In this document: positions 38,570 through 50,539 of the stretch, piece after piece
Position numbering within the stretch: the first letter of the stretch is position 1
Layout of the letters: the number at the start of each line of letters is the position of its first letter
Notes under the pieces: model-generated
Told to the model about the DNA's origin: nothing
The model's database searches: none
Seen by the model: the letters and a program-made list of their open reading frames with translations, nothing else
Assembly: GCA_040954595.2 (NCBI GenBank)
Contig: CM082592.2
Location: 6,117,531 to 6,181,530 of the forward strand
Length of the DNA stretch: 64,000 nt
Direction: 5' to 3'
Source: Balanoglossus misakiensis
Taxonomy: Eukaryota > Animalia > Hemichordata
Translations under genes and position numbers: made by a program

Positions 38570-41500
38570 ATGACGTGGAAGACAGAGAACGGAGTTGACG
38601 ACGGCAAGATCATGTCGGGCCCGAGCAAAGGAGAGGCACAGGCGAGGAGTGCGAACGATGTTGGTTATCTGTGGAATATGAACAAACAGTGTTATCACAT
38701 CGAATATAGCGAACTGAGACCATGCCTGGAAAGTTTGGGGTATGCAGTCGGGGAAGGTGTTAAGGTGAGGAGAAACATAGCAACCGATGGTGTGACCATC
38801 CAAGTATGTTTTACTTTCAATAATTCCTCAGCCCATGTCGTTAATTCGACCCAGAACTATCAAAACTGACTATATTCAGTTTCTATCGTCGCCGCACGGG
38901 AGATGCCGGTGAGTTGCGGCCTTTCCGAGTAGCAGAACTCGAGTCAAACCCCGGGGCGTGTCGTACCCTATTGGTCTTTCTTTGCGCGGTAATTTCAACG
39001 CAGATGCACCTCCAAATCATCAGTGACCTGAGGGTGTCATACTTTCCAATGCGCCCACATTTATAGTAGATTCTGCTTGGACAAGACGAAAAATCGTGTG
39101 AATTATTGATATTCTAAGTAAAGACTGCATTCAGCAGATATCGGAACTAAACGTTCGACGCATCTGAGTGTTATTATCGGGCAATGTCTGGTATGTTGTC
39201 CAATACGGACGCAGAGTAGTAAGCTGTCTGCCTGGCCATGAACCAAAGGCCATCTTTGCAATAACTTACGTTAAGAATTCCCCTAGGATCTGGCCACAGC
39301 AAATGCCTACCATGCATTTAACGAGATGTTTTGAAATAAGAACAAATCTAAAGGGAATTTCGTGCGGAAGAAGTTCAAAAATCTCTTCAGACATTTGATA
39401 ATTAAAAATGCACCTTCAAAAACTGAAGACGAATAGTTACAAGACATTTTTCGAGGCCAGTTTGATTTTTTTCTCATTGAAGGCACGATGCTTTATTCGA
39501 GCGCAAGTGGGACGTTTTGGATATCAAATTAAAAATGGATAAATTTCCTTTTCTTGAAAGTGAACAACAGCGCCTCTTTAGATATTTCTCCGTTTTGCAA
39601 ACAGAGGATTACGCGAAAAAATCAATATATTGATTATACCGACTTAATTGTTTTTGTCGGCAGCGTCTGGTCTCGCAGTTTCGGCATTCAACCAAAGTCT
39701 TGATCGATCTTCAGGACAAAGTCGTTCTGCATCATTCGTTGTCGATCCGCGCGTTCGGTAACGGATACGTCACGTCCTCAGCGTTGCTATGCTTATCTCG
39801 TTGAAGAAGTATGGATTAAACCTTGGCAAGGTATACAAGACCTATCGAGCGATTTTTTTTCTGTCTGCTGCCAAGTCGAATATGTGACTTGCAAAGATTG
39901 CAATGCCTTATTGAAACTGTTTCCCAATATCCATCAACAGCCCCCGGAGTTTAAAAAAATCAACAAATAGCACCCGGCAACGCTGTAAATGTTTACAGGT
40001 GGCTATCAAATATTACGGCCGGCCATAATTGGATCCACGATACTTGTGATAAAAAATGCCACTCGTCATCCTGATTTCCGACACCCCGTGATAATTAAAC
40101 AATAGTAACCACAAATGATATGTCGCATCTTTACTGCAACCTCGGCCCGCGCAAGTCGTAGAGTTTCCATTCATCCAGATATAAAGATATCAGTGTAGTG
40201 TGGATGTGTTTTGTGTCAAGACAAAATGTTACGATTGTTTGTACAACCGAAGAAAGGCTTACAGACGACATGGAAGCGACCACTTGTGTTTGGCAGTTGA
40301 CTTTGGCCACGAGCACCAATCATAATAGGTGTGCCCCCATTCAACTGGTTCCCTCTCCATACAAACAGGGCCACTGTTCACTTACAAAGACAGTATACCC
40401 CAGACCTTCGGGGTGTTGTTTTGTGCTATAGGCTTTTAATAATAATGGGGAAAGGAGTACATAGAGTGAATTTATTCTCAGTTGTCAAGAAGTTGACTGC
40501 GGTTAATTGGACCCCTACGATCAGAGCTGTCCGCTGCACACCGACGCAATTTGCTATGTAGGGTAGGGGTCATCGTGTAGGACCTGCTTAATTACTGTGC
40601 AATGATTCGTTGGGATGGATTTGTCATATTAGAACGACATATTTATCACCTCACTGATGCATAAGGAAATATAAGTCCAGGTCGTAAAACCTTAAACGCC
40701 TTGGTTGTATTTCGCACATGTCGTTCCCATGGCTACATAAGGTCACCGACAGGGATTAAGTTTAATGGTAAAAGTTAAAGCCAATAATGGATTGCTTTCC
40801 GCCAGAGGCAATGGCAAATATTTATGGTCCGTTGTGCGATCGAATGGAAAACTTCACACAAGTTATTCCAATCCGGGGAACATCTATGAGCGAAATTTTA
40901 CATGTCGTTTCGTCTGTATGACGTATGTGATGTTTCTCGGTCTATGGACATGATGGACACAGCGGCATCGCCATGGCTCACGTCCATGACGTCACATCAC
41001 ATTATCGGGTAGTCAGAGATCTAATTACGCACTCGTTATATTTGACACCTCGTTGTTGTGGTTCCGATATCAACGTCATGTAGTAGGCTATCAAAACCAA
41101 AGACAGTAAAAATATTTTTTTTCCTATTTACCTTCAGGGTGACCGGGAATTCCAGAGAATTTTACAAAAGTTGGACCCGTACGACAAAGGCTGTGTGACC
41201 TATGAAACGTTGGTGAATTTCTTGTCGCGCGAACCCAGCAGCGACGACCCGGATGAACAAATCAGCCAATCATTCATGCTTCTTGCGAGGGGCAAGGTGA
41301 GAATCTTGATAGTGTCTGCCCCCCCCCCCCCTCCCCGAACTGACGATTGTGGTCGTTCGGACTTTCGAAAAAAATCGGACGTTACAAAAAAGGACTATTA
41401 TTTTCGATTTATAAGTTTACAATTCTTATTTTTCTATTCCAGAAATACATAACACCAGACCAGCTTCGGAACACCTTTCCTCCGGACATTGCCGAGTATT

Positions 41501-41598
41501 GTATAGCCAGGATGGAGCTGTACGTGGGACCGGCCATAGAGGGCGCACTTGACTATTTGACGTTTGATATTAGGATAAAACACCCGGATTACAGATGA
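38570..41598 (+). CDS. Stand-alone alpha-actinin C-terminal calmodulin-like (EF-hand) domain protein, ~169 aa. Exons 38570-38764, 41138-41296, 41443-41598
   Basis: Spliced translation ..[22 protein letters not shown]|[53 protein letters not shown]|[41 protein letters not shown] resembles the alpha-actinin C-terminus ([52 protein letters not shown]...GALDY). Both introns are phase-0 GT-AG. There is an in-frame TGA at 38546 upstream of the ATG. Confidence 0.8.
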
Positions 41599-42746
41599 TA
41601 CAGTGCTTGAAACCAAAACAGCTGCCAGTTTGACTTCAATACAGAATTTTTGACAATTATTTATTTTTAAGAGATCGTGACGAAAAAAAATTTGCGTTAA
41701 CGCCATCTTCATATCGACAAGGCCTGGCTTCTCCATAGAGTTAACACAGAGATTGGCGGCCTAATCACAGCTTAGTCGCATTATTATTACACAGTAATCA
41801 AAGAAAACTGGTGGAGACAAGATGCAATGCTAGTAATATAATGTGTAATTAGATCGATAGTACAAATGATACAGCACTTCGTAAAACACTTCCGGAATGA
41901 ACAGAAGATATACATGTACATGTATCTAAGGAATGTCTAAAATTGGCACGCAGTGACGCAGTTATATTATATGAAGGTAGAGAGTTGTAATATCACTTTT
42001 ATACATAAATACATTCATTCAAGATTAAGTTAATGTGAATAAATACATTTGCTTTAGGGCGTTAAAGATCACTGGTTACTCGTATGTAAATGAACTGTTA
42101 TGACGTAATGTAAAAGGCGGTAGGCTAACAAGCGTTTACAGACTGAGTGATAGCATATGAACCGCAATGTTAATTCTTTAATGTGAGAGTGTGCAGTTAC
42201 CATACTAGGGAGCATGAACTGATCACTACACGCCTGAACACACGCGTGTCTGCTATGTTTCCAATGGTGTGTAGTCATGCCGCTGGGAGCGATCGGTACA
42301 CCCCACCCCGTCACCCCCGCGAACCGGACACAAACGCTACAAGAAGTCGGCAACTTCGGCCAATTTCGTGTCGGGATTACTATAAAGAGTTTCGCTCATT
42401 TAGTTATAGTGTCAAAATTCAAAGCATTTAGTATCTCTTTACGAGGAAAAGATGTAATGATATCATGACAGTGATGTAGAAAGCGCACGAGTAACAATTT
42501 GCTAAAAGCAGCTTCAGTTATCACCGTTGTCAAGTCAGTCGCCACCATCATACATTAGGTATTTTGCGAAGGGAGAACATTATGCATTTGCACACTTTTG
42601 ACAAGATTTCTTTTGATGAACTGTTATGTTGTTCTGCTCAATGGAACATGCTCCGCGAACGGTTGTCACAGCTAGGCTCACGGCCCTTATGAATGTTTGT
42701 AAAGTCAGGCGGAGTTCGTCGTTCAGTAAATGCAACGAAATGAACT

Positions 42747-44024
42747 TCACGGATACTCGTGGCTCACTGTCATGGAAATATTCTCGACGCCGGTCTTCGT
42801 AGTGGTAGTTCCGTTGTGGTGGTACTTCTCTTGTTTGCTTCTGCAACAAAACGCCCTGGCAACACCGTCCCTGAACGACTCGTACTGGAACGAGTATATG
42901 AAGGGGTTGACGCACATGTTGGTGAAGGCCAGCAGGACGGCGAAGTCGTGAAAGACGCTGAACAGCGGTATCACCTTGACGACGCTGTAGAGGAAATACT
43001 CCCAGGCCTGGAGCGTCCAGCAGACGAGGTACGCCACGGAGACGGTGAACAGCGTCTTGGTGACGTTGCGGCGGGCGCGCTCCATGGGCGACGGCGTTGA
43101 ACGATTGGCGCCGGGGCCGGGCTGGGTCGCCGCGCCCTCGCTCAAGTTGGAGTGCGACCGGCGACGGAGCAGGCGCAGGATGCTGATGTAGGTCACCGCC
43201 ATGGCGGTGACGGGGAACACCCACTCGATGCAGAAGAACAGCACCCCGGAGACCATGGACGCTGCCTGGCTGTACCACTCGATGTAGCAGCGTCCCCGGC
43301 CGCCGTTGTGGTTGGCGAAGGCCCACAGCAGCTCGGCCGAGAAGGGGAAGAGCCACACGAAGACGGAGATCACGCGCGCTTTCGTCCAGGTGTAGCCGTA
43401 GCGGTGCCGCATCGGGTGCATCATGGCGAAGTATCTCTCCAGGGTCATGGCGGTGAGATTCACCGATGACGTCATAATCAAGGACCACATCAGGTACCCG
43501 GACAGCCACAGTTTGCACAGTAACTCCCCCCAGATGCCCGGCGGCACCCAGATGTTCTTCGGGCCGCACTTGTTGGCCAGGAAAGCGATCGAAGTGAGTA
43601 GATCGATGACCGATTGGTTTAAAATGAAGAAATTCGTCAATGTCCTGAGCTTCTTATCTCTTAAGAATACAAAACACACAAGGAGGTTCCCCAGTACCCC
43701 GATTCCTCCGATGACGGCGTTGAAAACGAACGCCTGCTGGACTGTCAGTAAGCGGTCCTGGCCCGGTCCTGAGAACGGGGCGATGGTGGTTGTATTAAAC
43801 CAAGTCTGGTTATCAGTGCTGTTGAAAGTGACATTGTTCAAATCGTCCAGCACCGTGGCCGTTTGGAGGTATTCAGCTAACGTTGAAATCGCACTCGTCG
43901 CCGTAGCAGCCTCAGAGACGTCTACCGACAGGTCAGTCGCGGTTGGTGGCGCTGTGTCTGTGAGCGCAGAAGTTCCGATGGTGAACGCGGTAGAGTTTAA
44001 GGTCGCCATCCCCGTTGTGTTCAT
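42747..44024 (-). CDS. Intronless class A (rhodopsin-family) GPCR, galanin/allatostatin-receptor-like orphan, 425 aa
   Basis: Seven hydrophobic segments with GNLLV (TM1), NQSVIDL (TM2), TLERY (TM3), CWT (TM6, replacing CWxP) and NPFIY (TM7). The Ser/Thr-rich N-terminus has several NxS/T sites. Confidence 0.92.
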   Translation of the reverse strand: MNTTGMATLNSTAFTIGTSALTDTAPPTATDLSVDVSEAATATSAISTLAEYLQTATVLDDLNNVTFNSTDNQTWFNTTTIAPFSGPGQDRLLTVQQAFVFNAVIGGIGVLGNLLVCFVFLRDKKLRTLTNFFILNQSVIDLLTSIAFLANKCGPKNIWVPPGIWGELLCKLWLSGYLMWSLIMTSSVNLTAMTLERYFAMMHPMRHRYGYTWTKARVISVFVWLFPFSAELLWAFANHNGGRGRCYIEWYSQAASMVSGVLFFCIEWVFPVTAMAVTYISILRLLRRRSHSNLSEGAATQPGPGANRSTPSPMERARRNVTKTLFTVSVAYLVCWTLQAWEYFLYSVVKVIPLFSVFHDFAVLLAFTNMCVNPFIYSFQYESFRDGVARAFCCRSKQEKYHHNGTTTTKTGVENISMTVSHEYP

Positions 44025-46193
44025 CTTGAAACGAAGAATTGGAAATATCGACCGTTATAGACAAACAAGATTTTCCAAACCACAGAGGAAACTACAGTGA
44101 TTGCGCGTCTCCTGGTCGAACTCGACACCCAAGTCCCAGTGTGGACGATACTCGGAATCTTCTCCCCGGGGCTCTGACTGTTAACCTCCGGTGGAGTACA
44201 TACACGCACCGTGATCGAAACAAGGACTGCGCCGGTGTTGGGCTCGCAGAAATCTTTCAGGTTTTCGAAGTAAAATGATGCATTGATCCTTTCTGACGCT
44301 ATGCCACTTCAACGACCCACTCCTATATTTAATTACAAAAAATACACAATATATTATATTTATGCAAGTAATTCTGTAATCCCCTGGTAACACTAATCAC
44401 CACTAAGGGTATTTGCGTTCAGTATTAAAATCGCAGCGCAAATGGACCATGTGCAATGATGATGACAAATGGTGATAAATTACAAATGTAAAATCACAAG
44501 GAAAGGTATTTCGACAAGTACGTTGGTACTTGGTAGTAGTTTGAGACTTCAACATATAAATCACAGACGGCAATATCTGTCGGCAAGTCTCGTGATGAGA
44601 GGGAAATGTTAATGATCGGCCACACGCGAAAACGGGTCTTATTGTACAAAAAGCTGCCGCGGGAATGCTTGTACATGTACTTGTCTATAAAATGGGGCGT
44701 TTTCAAAAGCTTGGCAATCAATCATACTTGGTCGCATAGAACCACTGAAAACATTGAAAATAGCTGCCTGTTGACATGTGCATCGCTTGTCCAAGGCTCT
44801 ACAGAATATTGATGAAATGGTAAGATGCTAAGCTAGATCTAGATAAGGAAACAGTGGGTGTGGGCACCATACATCCAAATGCTTTATATCCTAAAGCAGA
44901 CGTTAAACGGAGTTTCATTATGCCAGACTGTATCATTGGTATCTCAGGGGTACTGACTCCATTTTCGGATGGACCCACGCTTTAGGCGTCTGCGATTACA
45001 ATACCCGTCAGATTATCTGTATGCGGCCGACACAGTGCTTTCCAGTTTCCCTTTCTATAGTTACGTCGGGAAGGTAATTTATTGCTTCACTGGGATAAGC
45101 GCACTTTCTCTCATCCGAACAGTCTTTAAATTTGCTTAGTTAACGGAGAACTCAACCCATTACTTCGAGAGATCTTTGGGCGGATCAAATACGGCGGCGA
45201 GCGCAGACGTCGTCGTGACTGGAAGGAAAAGCTGTTTACGCCGAATGTACCAGCAAGAATGTTGATAACGCAGGCAACTGCATGATGGGAGAGAGCCAGG
45301 TGTCGCGAATCGAGGAGAGAGAGAGAGTTTGGAGGCTACTCATGGCAGTATATAAAACTTCCCCATCACATGACGCAACCAAACATGACGCAACCACACC
45401 ATTTTCGCAAATGATCGTAAAAACGTGTATTCCGTTTTTCTGCATTGCTGTTTGCATGGCTTACATCACAGTTTATCCATATACACTAATCTGATGCAGA
45501 GCGCGCATTTAAATACATGTGCCGGCCTATTCGAAATTCAGCAAAAACTTTTACCTGTGTATATTCATGCACCGCCACTTTTGGCATTTTACAAGCGTGC
45601 AAAAGTGGCGGCAATTACCGCGCCCTACATAAAACAGATTGTTGATTAATCCGATTTGCGTGAAATCGCCAACAGCTGCTGCAAATGGAAAGTCATATCC
45701 CGACGATATGTATGACGATCGTTATAATCCCTTTTCCCGATTATATTGATCAGGTTGCTTATTTGTGAATTTGTGAAACGTATTTTGACAGTTTTAATTT
45801 GTTTGAATAACAAACATGGATGTTCAAGAAGAAAGTCTTTGAAATCAATAGAGGACAGGTTTTCTGTTGAATGTACACCTCTCCAGCTGTTGGGCGGCAC
45901 TCGCGCGGCGAGAGCAAATATTTGAGTTATCATTTTTATTTTTTCCTACTAAACGGGTCTGATTCAAGCGCATTTCATTCGAAGTTCCGCAATAAATATT
46001 AGTATTAATTACCACGCTAATTGTTTACTATGGAACGAGACAGTGTTAAACCTCATAAATGACAAATGATAGTAGAATTTTGGTATATTAGCTGCCGATA
46101 CACCTGCGAATTCTTCACGAGTTTTTAATGTACACGAATAACATGATTTCATCGCCCTTGGAGTTTTGCCTGTGTTCTGATGCTAGGCCACTA

Positions 46194-46320
46194 GGATGGA
46201 TGGATGGAAGAATGAATGAATGAATGAATGAATGAATGAATGAATGAATGAATGAATGAATGAATGAATGAATGAATGAATGAATGAATGAATGAATGAA
46301 TGAATGAATGAATGAATGAA
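46194..46320. repeat. (GGAT)3 + (GAAT)~28 tetranucleotide microsatellite
   Basis: Directly visible. It explains the FIHS-repeat ORFs. Confidence 0.97.
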
Positions 46321-49150
46321 GAGGGCTTTGTAAACCATCTCTCTCTCCCTCTCTCTATCTCTCTTTCTATGTACCAACATGCCGCTTGATAATTTTTACA
46401 AGCTGGCGTCAATTTTTATGAAGCAAAATCACTGTGACAATCCACATTTCAGTGAAACGTACGGTAGCAATATGGGCCCTGCTGAAATCTGGTCGCATGT
46501 TTATGGGCGGATGCTGCACTTATTAGTCGGCGAATAAATTTAACACACAACTTTTTAAAAAAAGCTTGATTTCCAACTCACCTAGTACGATTTAAGCTTA
46601 AGCTTTGTGAAGTATACTCCTCGAAAACGTCCTACGAGACTGACAGCGTAGCCGGTACGTGGCGATCTTGCCTGTCAGTCTGTCTGAAGCCCGAAGTGAA
46701 ATATGTTTTCCTCGGAAGTTTCGCGTGGTACAAGTGCGGGGTGTACTGGTAACTATCACAGGCAATCTGTTCTATGATATGGGCGCGAAGCATATAAATA
46801 CTCAAGTCGTACCTGATGTTTGTGGGGCGATTCCATTTTAATATAGGGTTCACACCAATCGACCATTTACAGCCTGGCCATACTTCAAGTCTCACAGTGT
46901 TCGCCTCGAGTGGTGCATTCGAGATGGGATAAATGAAACATTCGGAAAAAAATATGTGTCCCCCACCCTGGATTATTGACATACACATATTATAAGCATC
47001 ACGAACGTTTACCCGCGAAGTACGACACCCATCTGTGGTACGTATACCGTTAATTTCAAACTGTTGAAATCAACTCACCCCCAAGTACATGTACACGCGT
47101 CATAGCCAGGGTTTCTTAGAGTCCCCTTGTGCGTGACGTGGATGCCAAATTTAAACCCGCGGCCTTGTTCGTCTACGAAAACCCATCAAAAACGACCACG
47201 CAATATCATACCCTCTTTTGGCCACAACTTCTAAATATAAACAAAATACAGGCAAAACATTGACCAGCATGTTTACACAATGAAAATAGGACAGTGACGT
47301 CATCTCACCGCAAAGCAAGCTTCAAACCCCCTCCATGACTTGTATGACCATGCAGGCCTACCCATGCAGGGAGGTCAATTGTATTAAAAAACAAGGGACA
47401 TAAATAAATTTGCATATGGAGAACTTGAAAAACAAACGACAGTAACTGAAACAGTTGGTTTTGCAAGCATTGTGTATTCCGAGCTATGGTGAACGTACTC
47501 CCATCATTCAATTGGCCAAAGATGCTAAAGGCAGATACCCTTGCTGCATATAAAGCAACCTGGGTGTGTTCAAATTAGTATCCTTGGTTTTTTTCCGCTT
47601 TTCCGCGTGCAAATTGATTATTTGCGATACATCTGCTTACCCAACGGGGCCGGGGATTTCAATAATCATAATTGCAAATACATTACAGAAAAGATCCCCT
47701 TCGGTGTCCCTATCAATTTACTTTTAGAAACAAATTTCATTTCCGCGCGTGTAATTATCGGAAATGAATGACTTTACAACCGCGCCATTGCCGCATCTGC
47801 ACCGGAGGCTATGACTTTGACAGTGTCCGGGTGATATCATGCCGAACTTCGCGTTCAGCGTGTATGGTTATCATGATGTAGAAAGCGGAAACCGATACAC
47901 GAATGATTCACCGTCACATTTGTGCATGGGATCTTCATTTCTTTTACTTGTTTTGGGTAAACATGCTCTGTGTACACCGTTTTTAGAAGAGGGGTTATAA
48001 AGATTACAGAATGATGTATCCAAAACACCGAGGCGTACAAATTGGATCAGTGAACACGAACTACTAGTACCGGAATTGTGTTATCAGGTTATTGGGCGAC
48101 AGCGTTTTGCACAAAAGACGCGACAAAACGACGGGAAATCAAGAAAAGGATTGCAAGAGGGTGATATCTTCTTATACGTGTTTGATAAAGTTTAGTCGCA
48201 GATACAGAATATCCAACCAAACTCAGATTTCTACCTTGGCGAGCCACGCGAAAAAGGCGCATGCGTCAACATGCGGTACAAAAAGTAAAGAATCCCACTT
48301 TCGAGTTTGCGTGATACTGTAATACGCGTTCATTGATTTCCGTATCCTAAGTGGGCAATTTTTATGACTAAGAGCTTCACCTGAGATTTGGCATCTCGAA
48401 ATCGAAATTAGAACTTAAGGAATAATCTCTGACGTCAACATTTCTTCGTTTTGTCAATATTAGCTTTAAGTCTTTCGCGTTATTTCAATTGTAAGATTCT
48501 CTTGACAATAAAGAGTTTTTTTATTATAAGTTTAGAAACATGTTTGATTTCGGATCATCGAAATTCCGCGTCTTGATTTCCGATACCGTTTTTTCTTCTT
48601 CTTCAAAGCTTTGAACGTCGATCGGATCTGCTCAACTTTCTGCGTCGATATGCCGACGTCAAACGCCGCGAAGGTTACCGGGGTCGTGCAATGAGTCCGA
48701 CCCGCTTTCTGCGTTTGCGTTGTGACGTCAACGCCGCGTGCTATCGATGTTGAATGTTTGACTTTTTGGGTGCGTTGTCATCGTCACGCTGTTTGATGTT
48801 TTCTGTTTGCGTGTTATTGGCGATTCCATCAACACGCGTATTTTCCATTAAAACCTTTATCAACACGACAGGATATTAGTCGAGTCGAGCAGCACATCTC
48901 CACTTCCATCTCCAATGGCCATCCCCACTTTGCTTCATTACACAAGCAACGGCGAAAACTCACAAAAAAGGCTTTCTCATTGAAATCAACAAATTAGCCC
49001 ATAGAGGACATACCACTTCATTTGATTAATAGCGTTGGTCGCTAATGACGACCCAAATACAGGCCGCTGTTGGAACTCCGCGCATGTGCCCGAAAATGTT
49101 GCGCGCTAAACATAAACCAGTCGGTACCAGGGAAAGCAATAATGGGGAAC

Positions 49151-49234
49151 TTAACCCTTTCACCTCCAGCTCCGTATGTAAAGGTCCAAATTAACCATAG
49201 AAAAAAAGTGGACTTGGTAGCGAAAGGGTTTTAA
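49151..49234. mobile_element. ~90-bp TTAA mini-MITE copy
   Basis: TTAACCCTTTCACCTCCAG..GGTCCAA..ACCATAGAAAA..GGTAGCGAAAGGGTT. Confidence 0.6.
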
Positions 49235-50511
49235 ACAGCTCCCGGTAAAAATGGACGCGACAATGAAAACTTTGCAGTAGCTCGATAGGAAAGCAAATGC
49301 CGCGCCCATTATATAAAATATTGTTTAGCCACAGTAAGGTAGATTCTACTTCTTTCAAAATTTTAGGGTGGGGACTTGCCATTATTTAAGGGGGGCAGCC
49401 CCTTCATCGTTTGACAGGTTGCGTGCGGCTAGCCAATTTACATACTAGTACATCGCGCAGCCCCATGAAACAGATCAGATTGATACCAGCAACTCTGATT
49501 TTCCGTACGTCACACCAGAACACAAAATAAGCTGGAAGTCTTGCACATGGACACCGTTATGATTAACTATTCACCTGACAAAAACGTTCGTACACGCCAG
49601 AATTATTGAATGCACAGTCACAGCATCAACATATGCGCGTGCGAAGCTCAAATTTCGCGTGCTGCATCAACACGACTATTAGCAGAAACACGAGTGTTAC
49701 TGACACGTGTTATAAATAGCGCAGACGGCTCACACTGCACAAGGCTTCGATGCGTGTTGTCAACAGATACTGAGAGTTGTTCGCGGTATTTGCAATCGTG
49801 AATCTGCTTCCATTAGTCTAATGAAGGAAAAACCGGTCGCAGGAAAATGGCTCACCGGGACACTGCTGGACCACAAGCCAAAATGGATATAGTATAATCG
49901 AAACGCCACCACCGATGCATGACGCCAGCGCTGTTGATAGCGGATCATCATTCCTGACTTCGAGGAAAGTGTGAGTAATACGAGAATCTCGGGAAGAATT
50001 GATTTGATAATAATGAAAATCGGTTGTTATCAAGCACGTATGTGGCGTAGTACACGCTGCACCACTTTGAAACAATGGCCGAAGATATTACGGTTATAAT
50101 ATTACCGGTTGATTTCCGCGGAATGCTATCATGCAATAAAAATATCTATTTGAACGCCTGTAGGACAAACATTCGTTATTTAATACAATGATAATCGGGA
50201 ATGACGCACGTTACAGTGCAAATTGAAACTTATTGGCCAAGGGCAAAGCGAACAACAACTGCAAAACAATGTGATCCTGTTACGCGTGGAAATATAATTA
50301 TGATCTCTTCCCCTTACTCAAACTCATCACTCACTCATCAACCGCCCACTAACTCACCCACCCAACCTCACCTATATACCAACATCCAACCCACTGTATA
50401 CAGCACTGTAACAGCCATGCGCCGTAACTGCCAATACAGACATGTACCACAATACAGGGTGTTGCGTCAGGGCCAACTTTTGACTGTGTATGTGGAAGTT
50501 TCAACACCCCG

Positions 50512-50539
50512 CACCACCACCACCACCACCACCACCACC
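50512..50539. repeat. (CAC)9 microsatellite
   Basis: Directly visible. Confidence 0.9.

Noticed and set aside
42580-44100. 329-aa alternate-frame ORF and 225, 113 and 105-aa antisense ORFs
   Set aside because: They are shadows of the GC3-rich GPCR CDS and have no recognisable domains.
46183-46412. ORFs with FIHS repeats
   Set aside because: They are translations of the (GAAT)n microsatellite.
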